64,000 nucleotides of DNA. Origin: Candidatus Micrarchaeota archaeon (GTDB lineage Archaea > Micrarchaeota > Micrarchaeia > Anstonellales > Bilamarchaeaceae). The notes beneath the pieces are model-generated. The model ran no database searches. It saw only the letters and a list, made by a program, of their open reading frames with translations, and was not told the DNA's origin. The stretch spans positions 3,291 to 67,290 of the forward strand of contig JBFLVJ010000008.1 of NCBI GenBank assembly GCA_040758595.1, given 5' to 3'. This document shows, one piece after another, positions 7,956-16,673 of this stretch; positions within the stretch are counted from its first letter, which is position 1, and every line of letters starts with the position of its first letter. A program made the position numbers and the translations under genes.

Positions 7956-9254
7956 TCAGAGGTACTCTCCAGGATCTACCCTCTTCCACACAGCTTTCTC
8001 GAAATCCTTCTCCTTGCCCAGCGGCTTGGTGGCGTCTATTCCCATCTTGGCGGTGTCGCGCGTGACCGGGTCCGCGCTCGGATCCAGCGAAGAGCCCTTC
8101 TGCCCGCTCTTGATCATGACGTCCTTGTCGGCCTGCACCCTGGTGGCGATGGCCCACTCCACTGCCTGCATGTCATCCACGTCTATGTCGGCATCCACTA
8201 TCACGACATGCTTGAGCGACTTGTGGCCTGCGAATGCGGCTTCTATCGCCTTCTTTCCGTCGTCATCGTGTCTCTTCTTTATCGATACCACTGCGTGCAG
8301 CCAGGAGCATCCGCCGAATGTTATGTTGACGGCCTTGCAATTGCAGACCTTGTTCACTTCGTCGAAGATGGTCGGCTCTCTGGGCATGCCCATGAGCACC
8401 TTGTGCTCGTTGCCTCCTGGCACCAGGACATGCCAGATCGCATCATCCCTGTGATACATCTTCGTGAGCCTCATGACCCGCTGCTTGCGCACGATGTCAT
8501 AAGTCTCTGTCAGGTCCACGAACGGCCCTTCGTCATGCATCTCCCTGGTGAGCTTGCCCTCGAACGCGAATTCGCAGTCTGCCGGGACCTCTATCCCGTT
8601 GGACAGCCTCACGGTCTTCACCGGCGCGAGGGCGTCGGCGAACTCCAATTCGTCCTGCCCCAGCTTGGACGAGATGGCGGCCGACAGGAGCACGTTGATG
8701 GGCGCACCCACAACGACAGCGACATCCAGTTCATTCCCGGCCCGCTCCATGAACTCATTGAGGTGCCTCGGCAGTATCCTCACGGCCACCCTGTCCTTGC
8801 CGATGACCATCATCCTGTGGAACGAGAGGTTGCGCCCCAGCTCCTTGTCATAGGCGATGACTATCGCGGAGGAGAGGTACGGACCGCCGTCCTTCTCTGC
8901 ATGGAACGGTATCGGGAGGCACCCCAGATCGACCGAATCGAGCCGGTTCTCCATCACCGGCGCCTGCGATTCGGGGACGGGTTCGGGTTTTGAGGGGTTG
9001 TTTATCGCATGGACGAGCTTCGGTATCAGCTCGCTTTTCCTTATCCCGAGATAATCGCACACCAGCTCCCTGGTGGAGAAGACGTTGCCGACGGCCGGGA
9101 ACGCGGAACCCGAGACCTCCGGGACCAGCACCGGCGTGCCGTCCACCGCACGCATCAGCCCGGCCAGCTCCAGGTGCTTGGAGAGCTTCCTCTTCGCTAC
9201 CTTCAGCCTGCCATCATCCTTCAGCCTATCGACGAATTCACGGAACGTCTTCAT
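7956..9254 (-). CDS. UbiD-family decarboxylase, putative anhydromevalonate phosphate decarboxylase
   Basis: MKTFREFVDRLKDDGRLKV... shows UbiD-like sequence throughout. The start was set at 9254, which overlaps the ubiX stop as ATGA. The listed 549-aa ORF adds an Arg-rich extension antisense-overlapping ubiX. Confidence 0.85.
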   Translation of the reverse strand: MKTFREFVDRLKDDGRLKVAKRKLSKHLELAGLMRAVDGTPVLVPEVSGSAFPAVGNVFSTRELVCDYLGIRKSELIPKLVHAINNPSKPEPVPESQAPVMENRLDSVDLGCLPIPFHAEKDGGPYLSSAIVIAYDKELGRNLSFHRMMVIGKDRVAVRILPRHLNEFMERAGNELDVAVVVGAPINVLLSAAISSKLGQDELEFADALAPVKTVRLSNGIEVPADCEFAFEGKLTREMHDEGPFVDLTETYDIVRKQRVMRLTKMYHRDDAIWHVLVPGGNEHKVLMGMPREPTIFDEVNKVCNCKAVNITFGGCSWLHAVVSIKKRHDDDGKKAIEAAFAGHKSLKHVVIVDADIDVDDMQAVEWAIATRVQADKDVMIKSGQKGSSLDPSADPVTRDTAKMGIDATKPLGKEKDFEKAVWKRVDPGEYL

Positions 9255-9787
9255 GCCTTCCACCGTTTTCCGATGCCATGCTCCAGCCCGAGCTGGTCCA
9301 GCACCCTCGCGACTATGAAATCGATGAGGTCGTCGACGCTCTTTGGCCTGCCGTAGAATCCCGGCGATGCCGGAAGCACCACTCCGCCGGCGAGCGTCAC
9401 CCTCTCCATGTTCTTTATGGTTATCAATGAGTATGGGGTCTCCCTGAGGACAAGTATCAGTTTCCTCCTCTCCTTGAGCGCGACCTCGGCCGCCCTTGTG
9501 ATGAGGGTGTCTCCGACGCCATTGGCGATCTCGCCGAGCGTCTTGAGCGAGCAGGGTATCACGACCACCGCGTCGGCGGGATTGGAGCCTGATGCGAAGG
9601 GGCAACTGAAATCCCTCTCGCTAAAGTCCGCTTCCGGCAGTGCTGCGCCCTCGGCTCTCGCCACTTCCCTCGCCCCTGAGCTGGCCACGACGCTAACCTC
9701 CACGCCTTCCATGCCTTTGAGGACAGAGGCGAGCCTGTGGCCGTATTCCAGCCCCGAGGCTCCGGTGATGGCTACGAGGATGCGCAT
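9251..9787 (-). CDS. ubiX: Flavin prenyltransferase UbiX
   Basis: MRILVAITGASGLEYGHRL...VVIPCSLKTLGEIANG is the typical UbiX/Pad1 pattern. It lies directly upstream of the UbiD-like gene and is translationally coupled to it. Confidence 0.9.
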   Translation of the reverse strand: MRILVAITGASGLEYGHRLASVLKGMEGVEVSVVASSGAREVARAEGAALPEADFSERDFSCPFASGSNPADAVVVIPCSLKTLGEIANGVGDTLITRAAEVALKERRKLILVLRETPYSLITIKNMERVTLAGGVVLPASPGFYGRPKSVDDLIDFIVARVLDQLGLEHGIGKRWKA

Positions 9788-10035
9788 ACCCTGCTAGTCT
9801 GGGACAAACTTTTATTAATCTTATCCCCCTTGATTTAGGTCCCCATGCATAAACCGGTGTCTGCCGGTAAAAAGAAGTGGTTGCCATGTTCGGATGGATA
9901 TTGAAGACAAACTGGGATATCGACCGGATCTCCAGAGCGTACAGGATGAAGAAGAAGAAGGATGCCTCCCTATGCCTAGATGAGGAGGCCAAGCTGCGGT
10001 GAGCAATTAAATTACCTTCCTGTTTATCCTTTTTT

Positions 10036-10791
10036 ATGAAGATACTCAAGCTCGGCGGCAGCGCCATCACCGACAAGAAAGGCTATCGCAAGGCGAGGCC
10101 GTCCGCCATCAAATCCCTGGCCGAAGCCGTCGCCAAGCTTTGGCGCAAGGGCGTCCGGGACCTGGTCATCGTCCACGGCGCGGGCTCCTTCGGCCATGCA
10201 CTGGTGATAAAGCACGGCCTTCAGGATGGGGTGAAGAACACCTCGGAGAAGCTCGGCTTCGCCGACACCCATGCGGCCTGCAGCGAGCTCTCGCTGATGC
10301 TCGTCGAAGCGCTCATAGATAACGGGGCCCCGGCTATCTCCATACCGCCCGCCGCGATAGTGACGCTCAAAGACAAGCGCATATCCTCATTCGACACCAA
10401 GCTCGTCAACGACTATCTGGATTCGGGTTACCTCCCTGTCCTCTACGGCGACATGGCGCCCGATTCGGTGCTAGGAGGCTACCCTTGCTCCGGCGACCAG
10501 ATCGTCTCCTATCTGGGCAAGGGCGCGGAGATGATCGTCCTCGCGAGCGACGTGGATGGGGTGCTGGACGACAAAGGCCAGGTCATCCCTTCCATCAGCC
10601 GCTACAACCTGGAGGAGGTCTCAAAACACCTCAAGCATACCGAGAACGACGTCACCGGTGGCATGCGGGGCAAGATAGAAGAGCTGCTGGGCCTGGGCAC
10701 TACATCATACATAGTGAACGCCAAGAAACCCGAGCGCATACTCTCCCTTTTCGAAGGCAAAGAGGCGCCCTGCACCCGGATAGATGGCTGA
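10036..10791 (+). CDS. ipk: Isopentenyl phosphate kinase
   Basis: MKILKLGGSAITDK...LVIVHGAGSFGH...DVTGGM shows the amino-acid kinase fold with IPK-type motifs. Confidence 0.85.
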   Translation: MKILKLGGSAITDKKGYRKARPSAIKSLAEAVAKLWRKGVRDLVIVHGAGSFGHALVIKHGLQDGVKNTSEKLGFADTHAACSELSLMLVEALIDNGAPAISIPPAAIVTLKDKRISSFDTKLVNDYLDSGYLPVLYGDMAPDSVLGGYPCSGDQIVSYLGKGAEMIVLASDVDGVLDDKGQVIPSISRYNLEEVSKHLKHTENDVTGGMRGKIEELLGLGTTSYIVNAKKPERILSLFEGKEAPCTRIDG

Positions 10792-11658
10792 TCAGGCGAG
10801 TCTTCCGGCCAGGCAGGCTCCGAGCGCGACCGCTCCGACTATGAACGCGGATCCGCATCCGCTTCCCACCCAGCGCTCTTTCTCAGCGGCGCTGTCGAAA
10901 CGTTCGATATCTCCCAGGCCGCCGTTGCCGACCTTCATCATCTCGCCTGCGTTGAGATTGACCGTCTCGGAGGAGAGGTCTGTTATCTGCACATCCCCTC
11001 CGACGACCTTGATCTCTGCCTCCCGCATCATCTCATCGTAGTAGACAGAGAATGCGGTGCCCTTGACGCCAGCTACGGAGACCCGGGTGTGGACCTCGAA
11101 CTTCGTCCCATCTCTCTTAGTGACGTCGGAATATATGGCGCCCTTTATCAGCTCGAGGACCACAGAGAACGTGCTCTTATCCTCAAGCTTCTGCAGCTCG
11201 GTGAGGTCCAGCGTGGTATCCCCATCCAGGTATATCTTGCAGTCATCATCGAGCAGTATCGTTGCGGTTGAGCCATAGCCGGTGCGGACGCTGTACCCCT
11301 GGCCGAGCGGTATCTTGCTAGCGACCTTCACCCAGCTCCCTCCCGGAGCCATCACATAGACCTCCCCGGAGTATCGGGCCAGATTCGCCCCTTCGGGCTG
11401 CATCATGCCGCCTTGACCTACGCCGACGACCGTTTCTCCTCCTTCGTAGGGGCAGTAACACACGCAGGGCTCGCCCTGCGGGCATTCGCAGGATACATAG
11501 GCCCCTGCGGATTCGCTGTACTCTCCCGAGCAGTCGATGGTGCAGGGGATGCCGTCTATCCCTCCGCAAAGGAAACAATCATCGGCTCCCGCCGGACAGC
11601 CTCCGGCGAAAACGCTTCCCGAGAAAACCAGCCAGATAAGGAATGTCGGGCTTCTCAT
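10792..11658 (-). CDS. Secreted FecR-domain protein with N-terminal Cys-rich segment and C-terminal TM anchor
   Basis: Signal: MRSPTFLIWLVFSGSVFAGG. Cys-rich segment: CFLCGG..CTIDC...CECPQGEPCVCYC. FecR-like core: PLGQGYSVRTGYGSTATILLDDDCKIYLDGDTTLDL...VAGVKGTAFSV. Hydrophobic C-terminus. Confidence 0.6.
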   Translation of the reverse strand: MRSPTFLIWLVFSGSVFAGGCPAGADDCFLCGGIDGIPCTIDCSGEYSESAGAYVSCECPQGEPCVCYCPYEGGETVVGVGQGGMMQPEGANLARYSGEVYVMAPGGSWVKVASKIPLGQGYSVRTGYGSTATILLDDDCKIYLDGDTTLDLTELQKLEDKSTFSVVLELIKGAIYSDVTKRDGTKFEVHTRVSVAGVKGTAFSVYYDEMMREAEIKVVGGDVQITDLSSETVNLNAGEMMKVGNGGLGDIERFDSAAEKERWVGSGCGSAFIVGAVALGACLAGRLA

Positions 11659-11694
11659 GCCGAGCCATCTGCGGCTATGATTATAAACCTCGTC

Positions 11695-12378
11695 ATGGCT
11701 CAATCAGATATGGCCAATAAGAGGGCGCTAGAGAGGATGGGCTGGATGCTCGACCAGATGGAAAAAGAGGCCCGCAAGCGCGACGCGCCGGTCTTCCGCG
11801 CCGAGGATTCGACCAAGGATACCCCATTCACCATCCTCGTATTCACCATGCTCTCTGCCCGCACCAAGGACAGCGCCACGACCGATGCGGTCGCCCGGCT
11901 CTTCAAAAAAGCCAAGACCCCCGGACAAATCGCCTCGCTCGGAGCTCGCGAACTAGAGGAGCTCCTCTACGGGGTCGGTTTCTACCGCGTTAAAGCCAAG
12001 AACCTCATCGCCATATCAAAAGCCATCGATGGGCTCGGTGCGGTCCCTGACACTCTTGAGGGGTTGATGTCGCTCCCGGGAGTCGGGAGGAAGACCGCGA
12101 ACATCGTGCTCGCCCGTGCATTCGGGAAGAACACGCTAGGAGTGGATGTCCATGTCCACAGGATAAGCAACCGGCTAGGGATGGTCAAGACGAAGAAACC
12201 CGAGGAGACCGAGCGCGCCCTTTTGCGCATCGTCCCCGAGCGCTACATCCGCAGCCTCAACCGGGATTTCGTGGCGTTCGGCCAGACGGTCTGTCTTCCT
12301 AGGAACCCGAAGTGCGATATCTGCCCGATACGCGGGCTCTGTGAGCGGGTGGGCCTCAGCTTGAGACGACGGTCGTGA
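11695..12378 (+). CDS. nth: Endonuclease III (DNA glycosylase/AP lyase)
   Basis: HhH-GPD: LPGVGRKTANIVL. Fe-S cluster loop: CLPRNPKCDICPIRGLC. The start was placed at MAQSDMANK (ATG 11695). Confidence 0.9.
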   Translation: MAQSDMANKRALERMGWMLDQMEKEARKRDAPVFRAEDSTKDTPFTILVFTMLSARTKDSATTDAVARLFKKAKTPGQIASLGARELEELLYGVGFYRVKAKNLIAISKAIDGLGAVPDTLEGLMSLPGVGRKTANIVLARAFGKNTLGVDVHVHRISNRLGMVKTKKPEETERALLRIVPERYIRSLNRDFVAFGQTVCLPRNPKCDICPIRGLCERVGLSLRRRS

Positions 12379-13258
12379 ACGCGGCCACATTCGCCTTGCC
12401 CAGGGCATCTGCTATCTTCTTCGCATGCTCCTTGTCGCGCGCGAGGGCGATGCAGCAGCCTCCGCCCCCTCCGCCTGTGAGTTTCGCGCCCAGCGCCCCT
12501 TCCTTGAGCGCCATTTTGACGATGGCGTCGTTGCGTTCGTCAGAGACCCCGAGTTCCGAGAGCAGCTTCTGGTTGGCGTTCATGAGGGCGCCTATCTCGT
12601 CGAGCTTGCCCTTCTCCACGAACTTCCTGCCCTCCTCGGCTATCTTGTAGTATTCGTCCATGAGCTGCCTGAACTCGCTCTCATCGGCCTCCTTGAACTT
12701 CCTGACGGCCTCTATCATCTTGGGCGTGGGGCTGTTCTTGCCGGTCATGGCCACCACGAAATCGAGTGGCCGCACGAGCTCGAGCTTCACGAACTTGCTC
12801 TCCAGCGGGCTGTTTCCCCTGGTGAACTCTATCACGCCCCGGTGGGTCGCGATGTAGTTGTCCACGCCGCTCGGATTCCCATGGAAAGCCTTCTCGCCTT
12901 CGTATGCATGCTTGTTCACATCATCCGGTGTGAGAGCGATGCCTTTGTCCTTGGCGAACGCCCTGACCATGGCCACGCAGAACGCAGAGGACGAGCCGAG
13001 GCCCCCCTGGGTCGGCAGGTCGCCGCCCAGCATCACCTCGTACTTGTCATGTACGCCCATGGAGGCCAGGACGTTCTCTATCGCCCTGATGCTAAGCTCC
13101 TCCGATACCTTGTGGTCCGTCACAATGGCGTTCTTCTCGGCCTTCCTCACTTCCACATCGCATGTCTTGGATATCGCAGCCGCTATCGACGGCGCGCCGT
13201 AGACCACGAAATGCTCTCCGAATATGATTATCTTCCCGTGTCCTTCTCCTTTGGTCAT
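12356..13258 (-). CDS. mvk: Mevalonate kinase
   Basis: GHGKIIIFGEHFVVYG, GGLGSSSA and KLTGGGGGGC are GHMP kinase motifs in the mevalonate kinase arrangement. Confidence 0.9.
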   Translation of the reverse strand: MTKGEGHGKIIIFGEHFVVYGAPSIAAAISKTCDVEVRKAEKNAIVTDHKVSEELSIRAIENVLASMGVHDKYEVMLGGDLPTQGGLGSSSAFCVAMVRAFAKDKGIALTPDDVNKHAYEGEKAFHGNPSGVDNYIATHRGVIEFTRGNSPLESKFVKLELVRPLDFVVAMTGKNSPTPKMIEAVRKFKEADESEFRQLMDEYYKIAEEGRKFVEKGKLDEIGALMNANQKLLSELGVSDERNDAIVKMALKEGALGAKLTGGGGGGCCIALARDKEHAKKIADALGKANVAAFTTVVSS

Positions 13259-13264
13259 GGTGTT

Positions 13265-14038
13265 TCACCCTTTGGGTTTCCTGCCCCTCGTTTTCGGGGG
13301 TTTTATGTCCGGATAAGCGTCAGTGAGCATGCCCGGGGTCGCATAGGGCGGATAGCCGAGCGTCTCGAGCGATTTGCACACCAGATAAGCCTTCCCGCCA
13401 TCAAGCTTCGGCTCTAGCGCCTTCAGCATGGCCGCGGCATTGTTGAAGGATTTCCTCATGCCCTTGGTCACTGAAGCCACCGTCGCGTCATCCTTCTCCA
13501 CCCCGGCGAAATCGAATCCCTTGTTCACCGCGGTGTGGTTGACTCCGCTGAGGATTCCGGAGACCTCGTAATCCTTCACGTTCTCCAGGCCCAGCTTCTT
13601 TATGGCGATCCATTTCCCGTATTTGCCGATGAATCCGATGAAATCATCCACTCCCTCATCCACGGGCTTCGCATCGTTTGAGCCGGCCTTGAATGCTATT
13701 CCTGCCTTGGCCAGCAGCCTGTTCATAAGATAGCTCTCTGCCGCCGGCATGAGTTTGGGGTCCTTGAGCGCCTTCCCGAGGGCGTCCTTTATGTCTCCTG
13801 GCTTGTTCGCTTCAAGGAAATCATAGACCGCGGCGAGCCCTTTCCCGGATATCTTCGCGAAACCATCCACGGCATCCGTATCGATTCCGGAGAACCTGAA
13901 GGCGTGGGGTTCCACCTTCTCGCTCACGTAAGCGAGCGCTGCGGCCACATCCTTCTCGCTCTTCCCGCTCAGGTCGAATCTGATGCCCAGCTTGAAGTCC
14001 TTGTACTGTCCGGTGAATATAATCTCGTCCTTTTCCAT
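13265..14038 (-). CDS. Hypothetical protein, co-directional with and 6 nt upstream of mvk
   Basis: The ORF has normal composition. The start at MEKDEIIF is preceded by GGGAGGGG. The C-terminal basic tail is KPPKTRGRKPKG. No family recognised. Confidence 0.55.
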   Translation of the reverse strand: MEKDEIIFTGQYKDFKLGIRFDLSGKSEKDVAAALAYVSEKVEPHAFRFSGIDTDAVDGFAKISGKGLAAVYDFLEANKPGDIKDALGKALKDPKLMPAAESYLMNRLLAKAGIAFKAGSNDAKPVDEGVDDFIGFIGKYGKWIAIKKLGLENVKDYEVSGILSGVNHTAVNKGFDFAGVEKDDATVASVTKGMRKSFNNAAAMLKALEPKLDGGKAYLVCKSLETLGYPPYATPGMLTDAYPDIKPPKTRGRKPKG

Positions 14039-14228
14039 CGTTCCCCTCCCGGGATAGTAGGATTTGAGAGGCATCAATAAAAATCCATCCGGTCTAATCA
14101 GTTCTCAGTTTCCAATAGAACGCAAGGCATTCTATGGACCAGCGAAACGTTTATCGTTTCGCCCGGTCGTGTTTCGAGTTCAGTCTGTCTTCGACAAGAC
14201 TCAGGACCCGGAACGCTAGACGCTTTTC

Positions 14229-14339
14229 GCCCCTGTAGCGCAGTGTCCCCGAGACCCGTAACCGGGAACGGGAGACGCGCCATGGTAGCGCGCGTCCTTG
14301 GTAAGGACGAGGTCCCGAGTTCAAATCTCGGCGGGGGCT
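14229..14339 (+). tRNA. tRNA-Thr (anticodon GGU) interrupted by a 39-nt intron in the D-loop
   Basis: Exon 1 (GCCCCTGTAGCGCAG(T)) joined to exon 2 ((T)GGTAGCGCGCGTCCTTGGTAAGGACGAGGTCCCGAGTTCAAATCTCGGCGGGGGCT) gives a 72-nt cloverleaf. It has a 7-bp acceptor with one G-U, D stem GCGC/GCGC, anticodon stem CGTCC/GGACG, loop TTGGTAA and T arm CCGAG-TTCAAAT-CTCGG. The intron spans about 14244-14282, with the boundary ambiguous by 1-2 nt. Confidence 0.8.
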
Positions 14340-14387
14340 TCTCTAAATGTTACGGGTTCTGGGTTTCGGGTCTGTCTTAACTAAGAA

Positions 14388-15689
14388 TCAGCTGGAAACG
14401 CTGCGATGGAGGCTGTCGATGGCCTTCATGAGCACGTACATCATCTGGAAGTGCATCCGCATCAGGCTCTCTTTGCGCCAGATGTGTTTCTCCGGGCCGC
14501 CCATGACCTCATGATAAGCGTCAGCCAGGTTCCTGAGGGCATCTTCACAGACTGTCGTTCCGCTCCCATACGCGCGCAGCAGGCCCGACATCTGAGCCCT
14601 TCCATCTGCGGTCAGGGTCCCTTCATTGGCCATTTGATCGCGGTGCAGTTCCTGGACCATGACCCTTGCCGGGTGGTCCAGCTCACGGCATGCGTTCCTC
14701 AGCGCTATTATCTCACCGCTAGTGAAAACCCCTTCGTTCCTGATGTCTACTAGCCGGTGGTATTCGCTTGTCCCCCTCAGGAGTTCGACGACCTCCGCAT
14801 ACCGCTCAGGGATGGCGGCATCGTCCTCCACGAACACGTTCTCGTAAATCTCATGGGCGATCCTCCTGACCGCCGGATCCTTGATGGCATCGAATCCCGC
14901 TCCACCCTGCCTGAGCCTTTCGGGCGCATATCCGAGCTGCTTGCTTGCTATCCTTCTCTCCAGGGCCGCAATCAAATCCTCTCCGCTCAGGCCGGCAGGC
15001 ACCTGTAGGGTGGTCTCCTCGTCGTATGTGAACGAAAGGGAATGATATACGTTCTCCTTGGAGATCCCCTTGAGCTCCCCGTCGAATGTGAGCCGCCTCG
15101 CATCGAGCTCCTCCTGGCTCACACCGAGTTTTTCGATCGAAGGCGGACTGAAGCATTCGAACCTACGGGTCTTGGCCTTTTGCGCTTCAGCCGTAGATTC
15201 AGGGCCTATGACGCCGAGCGCCTCGAGCCTCCCCTCTATCGCGCCTTCCGGGTCGTCGCTATCTAGGACAGCCCTGCTCACCGGCAGGGTCTTCGTCTCT
15301 CTGCCATCGAGCGGTATTATCGTGAATGACGTTCCAGCGGGCGTCTTCTTGTCGATCCGGACCTTATACGCCCCGGATTTGCGGAGCACGCTCTCCACGA
15401 GCAATTGCTCCACCGGTTTCTCGAGAACCGGGCGGCTTGGCGCGATCCTCCCTATCCGGATCATGGATTCTGCCCGGGCGATTATCATCCCCTGGAATCT
15501 GGCTTTCGCCTCCTTGGCCTGGATGAGTTCCCCGACCGCTTCCTTTATTACGTTGCTGTGGAACAGCTGCTCCTCTTTACCGAGAGGCAATCTGAGCATG
15601 CCTGCGGCTAGGGGCCCTCTCCCTGCGAACCCTCGGTTGGGCAAGGGTCTCTGACCCGTCTTGAGCTGCCGGCTTTCCTGTTTCATCAT
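14388..15689 (-). CDS. Hypothetical protein (433 aa from MMKQESR)
   Basis: Long ORF with ordinary composition. The listed start at 15752 is a TTG lying inside a TATA-like TTTAAATATAAGG, so the ATG pair at 15689 is preferred. No family recognised. Confidence 0.5.
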   Translation of the reverse strand: MMKQESRQLKTGQRPLPNRGFAGRGPLAAGMLRLPLGKEEQLFHSNVIKEAVGELIQAKEAKARFQGMIIARAESMIRIGRIAPSRPVLEKPVEQLLVESVLRKSGAYKVRIDKKTPAGTSFTIIPLDGRETKTLPVSRAVLDSDDPEGAIEGRLEALGVIGPESTAEAQKAKTRRFECFSPPSIEKLGVSQEELDARRLTFDGELKGISKENVYHSLSFTYDEETTLQVPAGLSGEDLIAALERRIASKQLGYAPERLRQGGAGFDAIKDPAVRRIAHEIYENVFVEDDAAIPERYAEVVELLRGTSEYHRLVDIRNEGVFTSGEIIALRNACRELDHPARVMVQELHRDQMANEGTLTADGRAQMSGLLRAYGSGTTVCEDALRNLADAYHEVMGGPEKHIWRKESLMRMHFQMMYVLMKAIDSLHRSVSS

Positions 15690-15771
15690 TACCACTGGGG
15701 GACATCGATGCCTGTATATCTTGTGGTAATCCTTATATTTAAATGTTCGCAATCCGCCCTCAGCAAGGATA

Positions 15772-15921
15772 TCATCCGTTTGCCAGAGGGTGGTAGTTGC
15801 CGTCGTTGTCCCTGGTGAACCTGTGGGTCGTGTTCACAGAGCAGATATACTGTCCATTCTCGTTCCGCGAAAGCGGAGACCAAAGTCCCTTATAGATATG
15901 GCAATGCGGGCATGCTGACAT
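15772..15921 (-). CDS. Small zinc-ribbon-like protein (49 aa), paralog of 17376..17528
   Basis: My own translation: MSACPHCHIYKGLWSPLSRNENGQYICSVNTTHRFTRDNDGNYHPLANG. An AGGTG Shine-Dalgarno lies 8 nt upstream and TTTATAAAG about 45 nt upstream. It is below the ORF-track length cutoff. Confidence 0.5.
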   Translation of the reverse strand: MSACPHCHIYKGLWSPLSRNENGQYICSVNTTHRFTRDNDGNYHPLANG

Positions 15922-16043
15922 GGGATAACACCTTTACTTTACTGGTCGGACAACACATAGGACGCGTATCTTTATAAACGTTCCCGGCTCCGGCCAGGCG
16001 AAGCTATATAAGCCGACAGCCCTAATCTCTGACGTGGTTACCT

Positions 16044-16673
16044 ATGGAAGGTCATACCGGTCTCCGTGAATTGCTGGTCACAGGTTTGTTGGTCATCGGC
16101 CTCACTGCGGCTGTTTTCATGATAACCGATTTGCAGCCCCCGCCATCGTCATACGGGACACAATCCCCGGCAGTCTCTCCGGTGATAGAGACGCAGGAGA
16201 CGCTGGGCGGGCTTTTCGATCAGGGGATGGCCAGGGCGGATTCGCGCTTCTATGACACCGATCCCTATGGGACCTATGACATCCGGACCTACAGATGGGC
16301 GCTCCCCACGATGGATTCATCTCCCGATTCAGTGGCGCCCAGGCAGAACGATCTGCGGGCAGCTCCGGTGCGCTTCAACGACCGTTACGATGATTCCCTG
16401 CGCGGATTCGCCTACCGGACCTTCCAGAAAGCGAATCTCACAGGCCCGCCCTTGATATTCGGGACCGCGGTTTTCATATCCGACTCAAACATGCTGGGCG
16501 CTTTCCAGGAGAGCGGCCAGTCTTTTGACATGAGGTACGATCCACACCCCGAGCGTTCACAGACCCTAGAGGATTGCTCTATCATATATTCATCCTCCAT
16601 GACGACCCATTCCGGCACTCCGGTCAAGGTTTATGATGTCGCATGCAGGATCGCTTACGGTGCTAACCCATGA
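16044..16673 (+). CDS. Membrane-anchored/secreted hypothetical protein
   Basis: N-terminal TM segment: LLVTGLLVIGLTAAVFMI. The C-terminal ~90 aa are similar to the next gene (G.AVF.S....L...F ... C ... VY...C..AY). A TATA-like CTATATAAG lies about 30 nt upstream. Confidence 0.6.
   Translation: MEGHTGLRELLVTGLLVIGLTAAVFMITDLQPPPSSYGTQSPAVSPVIETQETLGGLFDQGMARADSRFYDTDPYGTYDIRTYRWALPTMDSSPDSVAPRQNDLRAAPVRFNDRYDDSLRGFAYRTFQKANLTGPPLIFGTAVFISDSNMLGAFQESGQSFDMRYDPHPERSQTLEDCSIIYSSSMTTHSGTPVKVYDVACRIAYGANP

Noticed and set aside
9255-9605. 117-aa N-terminal extension of the UbiD-like ORF
   Set aside because: It is an Arg-rich extension that overlaps ubiX on the same strand in another frame. Homolog-like sequence starts at MKTFREF, whose ATG forms an ATGA junction with the ubiX stop.
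9886-10002. 38-aa ORF (MFGWILKTNWDIDRISRAYRMKKKKDASLCLDEEAKLR) between ubiX and ipk
   Set aside because: It is short, has no clear ribosome-binding site and shows no recognisable similarity to anything, so the sequence alone cannot support it.
12425-13417. 330-aa ORF on the + strand
   Set aside because: It is antisense to mevalonate kinase, which has strong GHMP motifs, so it is a shadow ORF.
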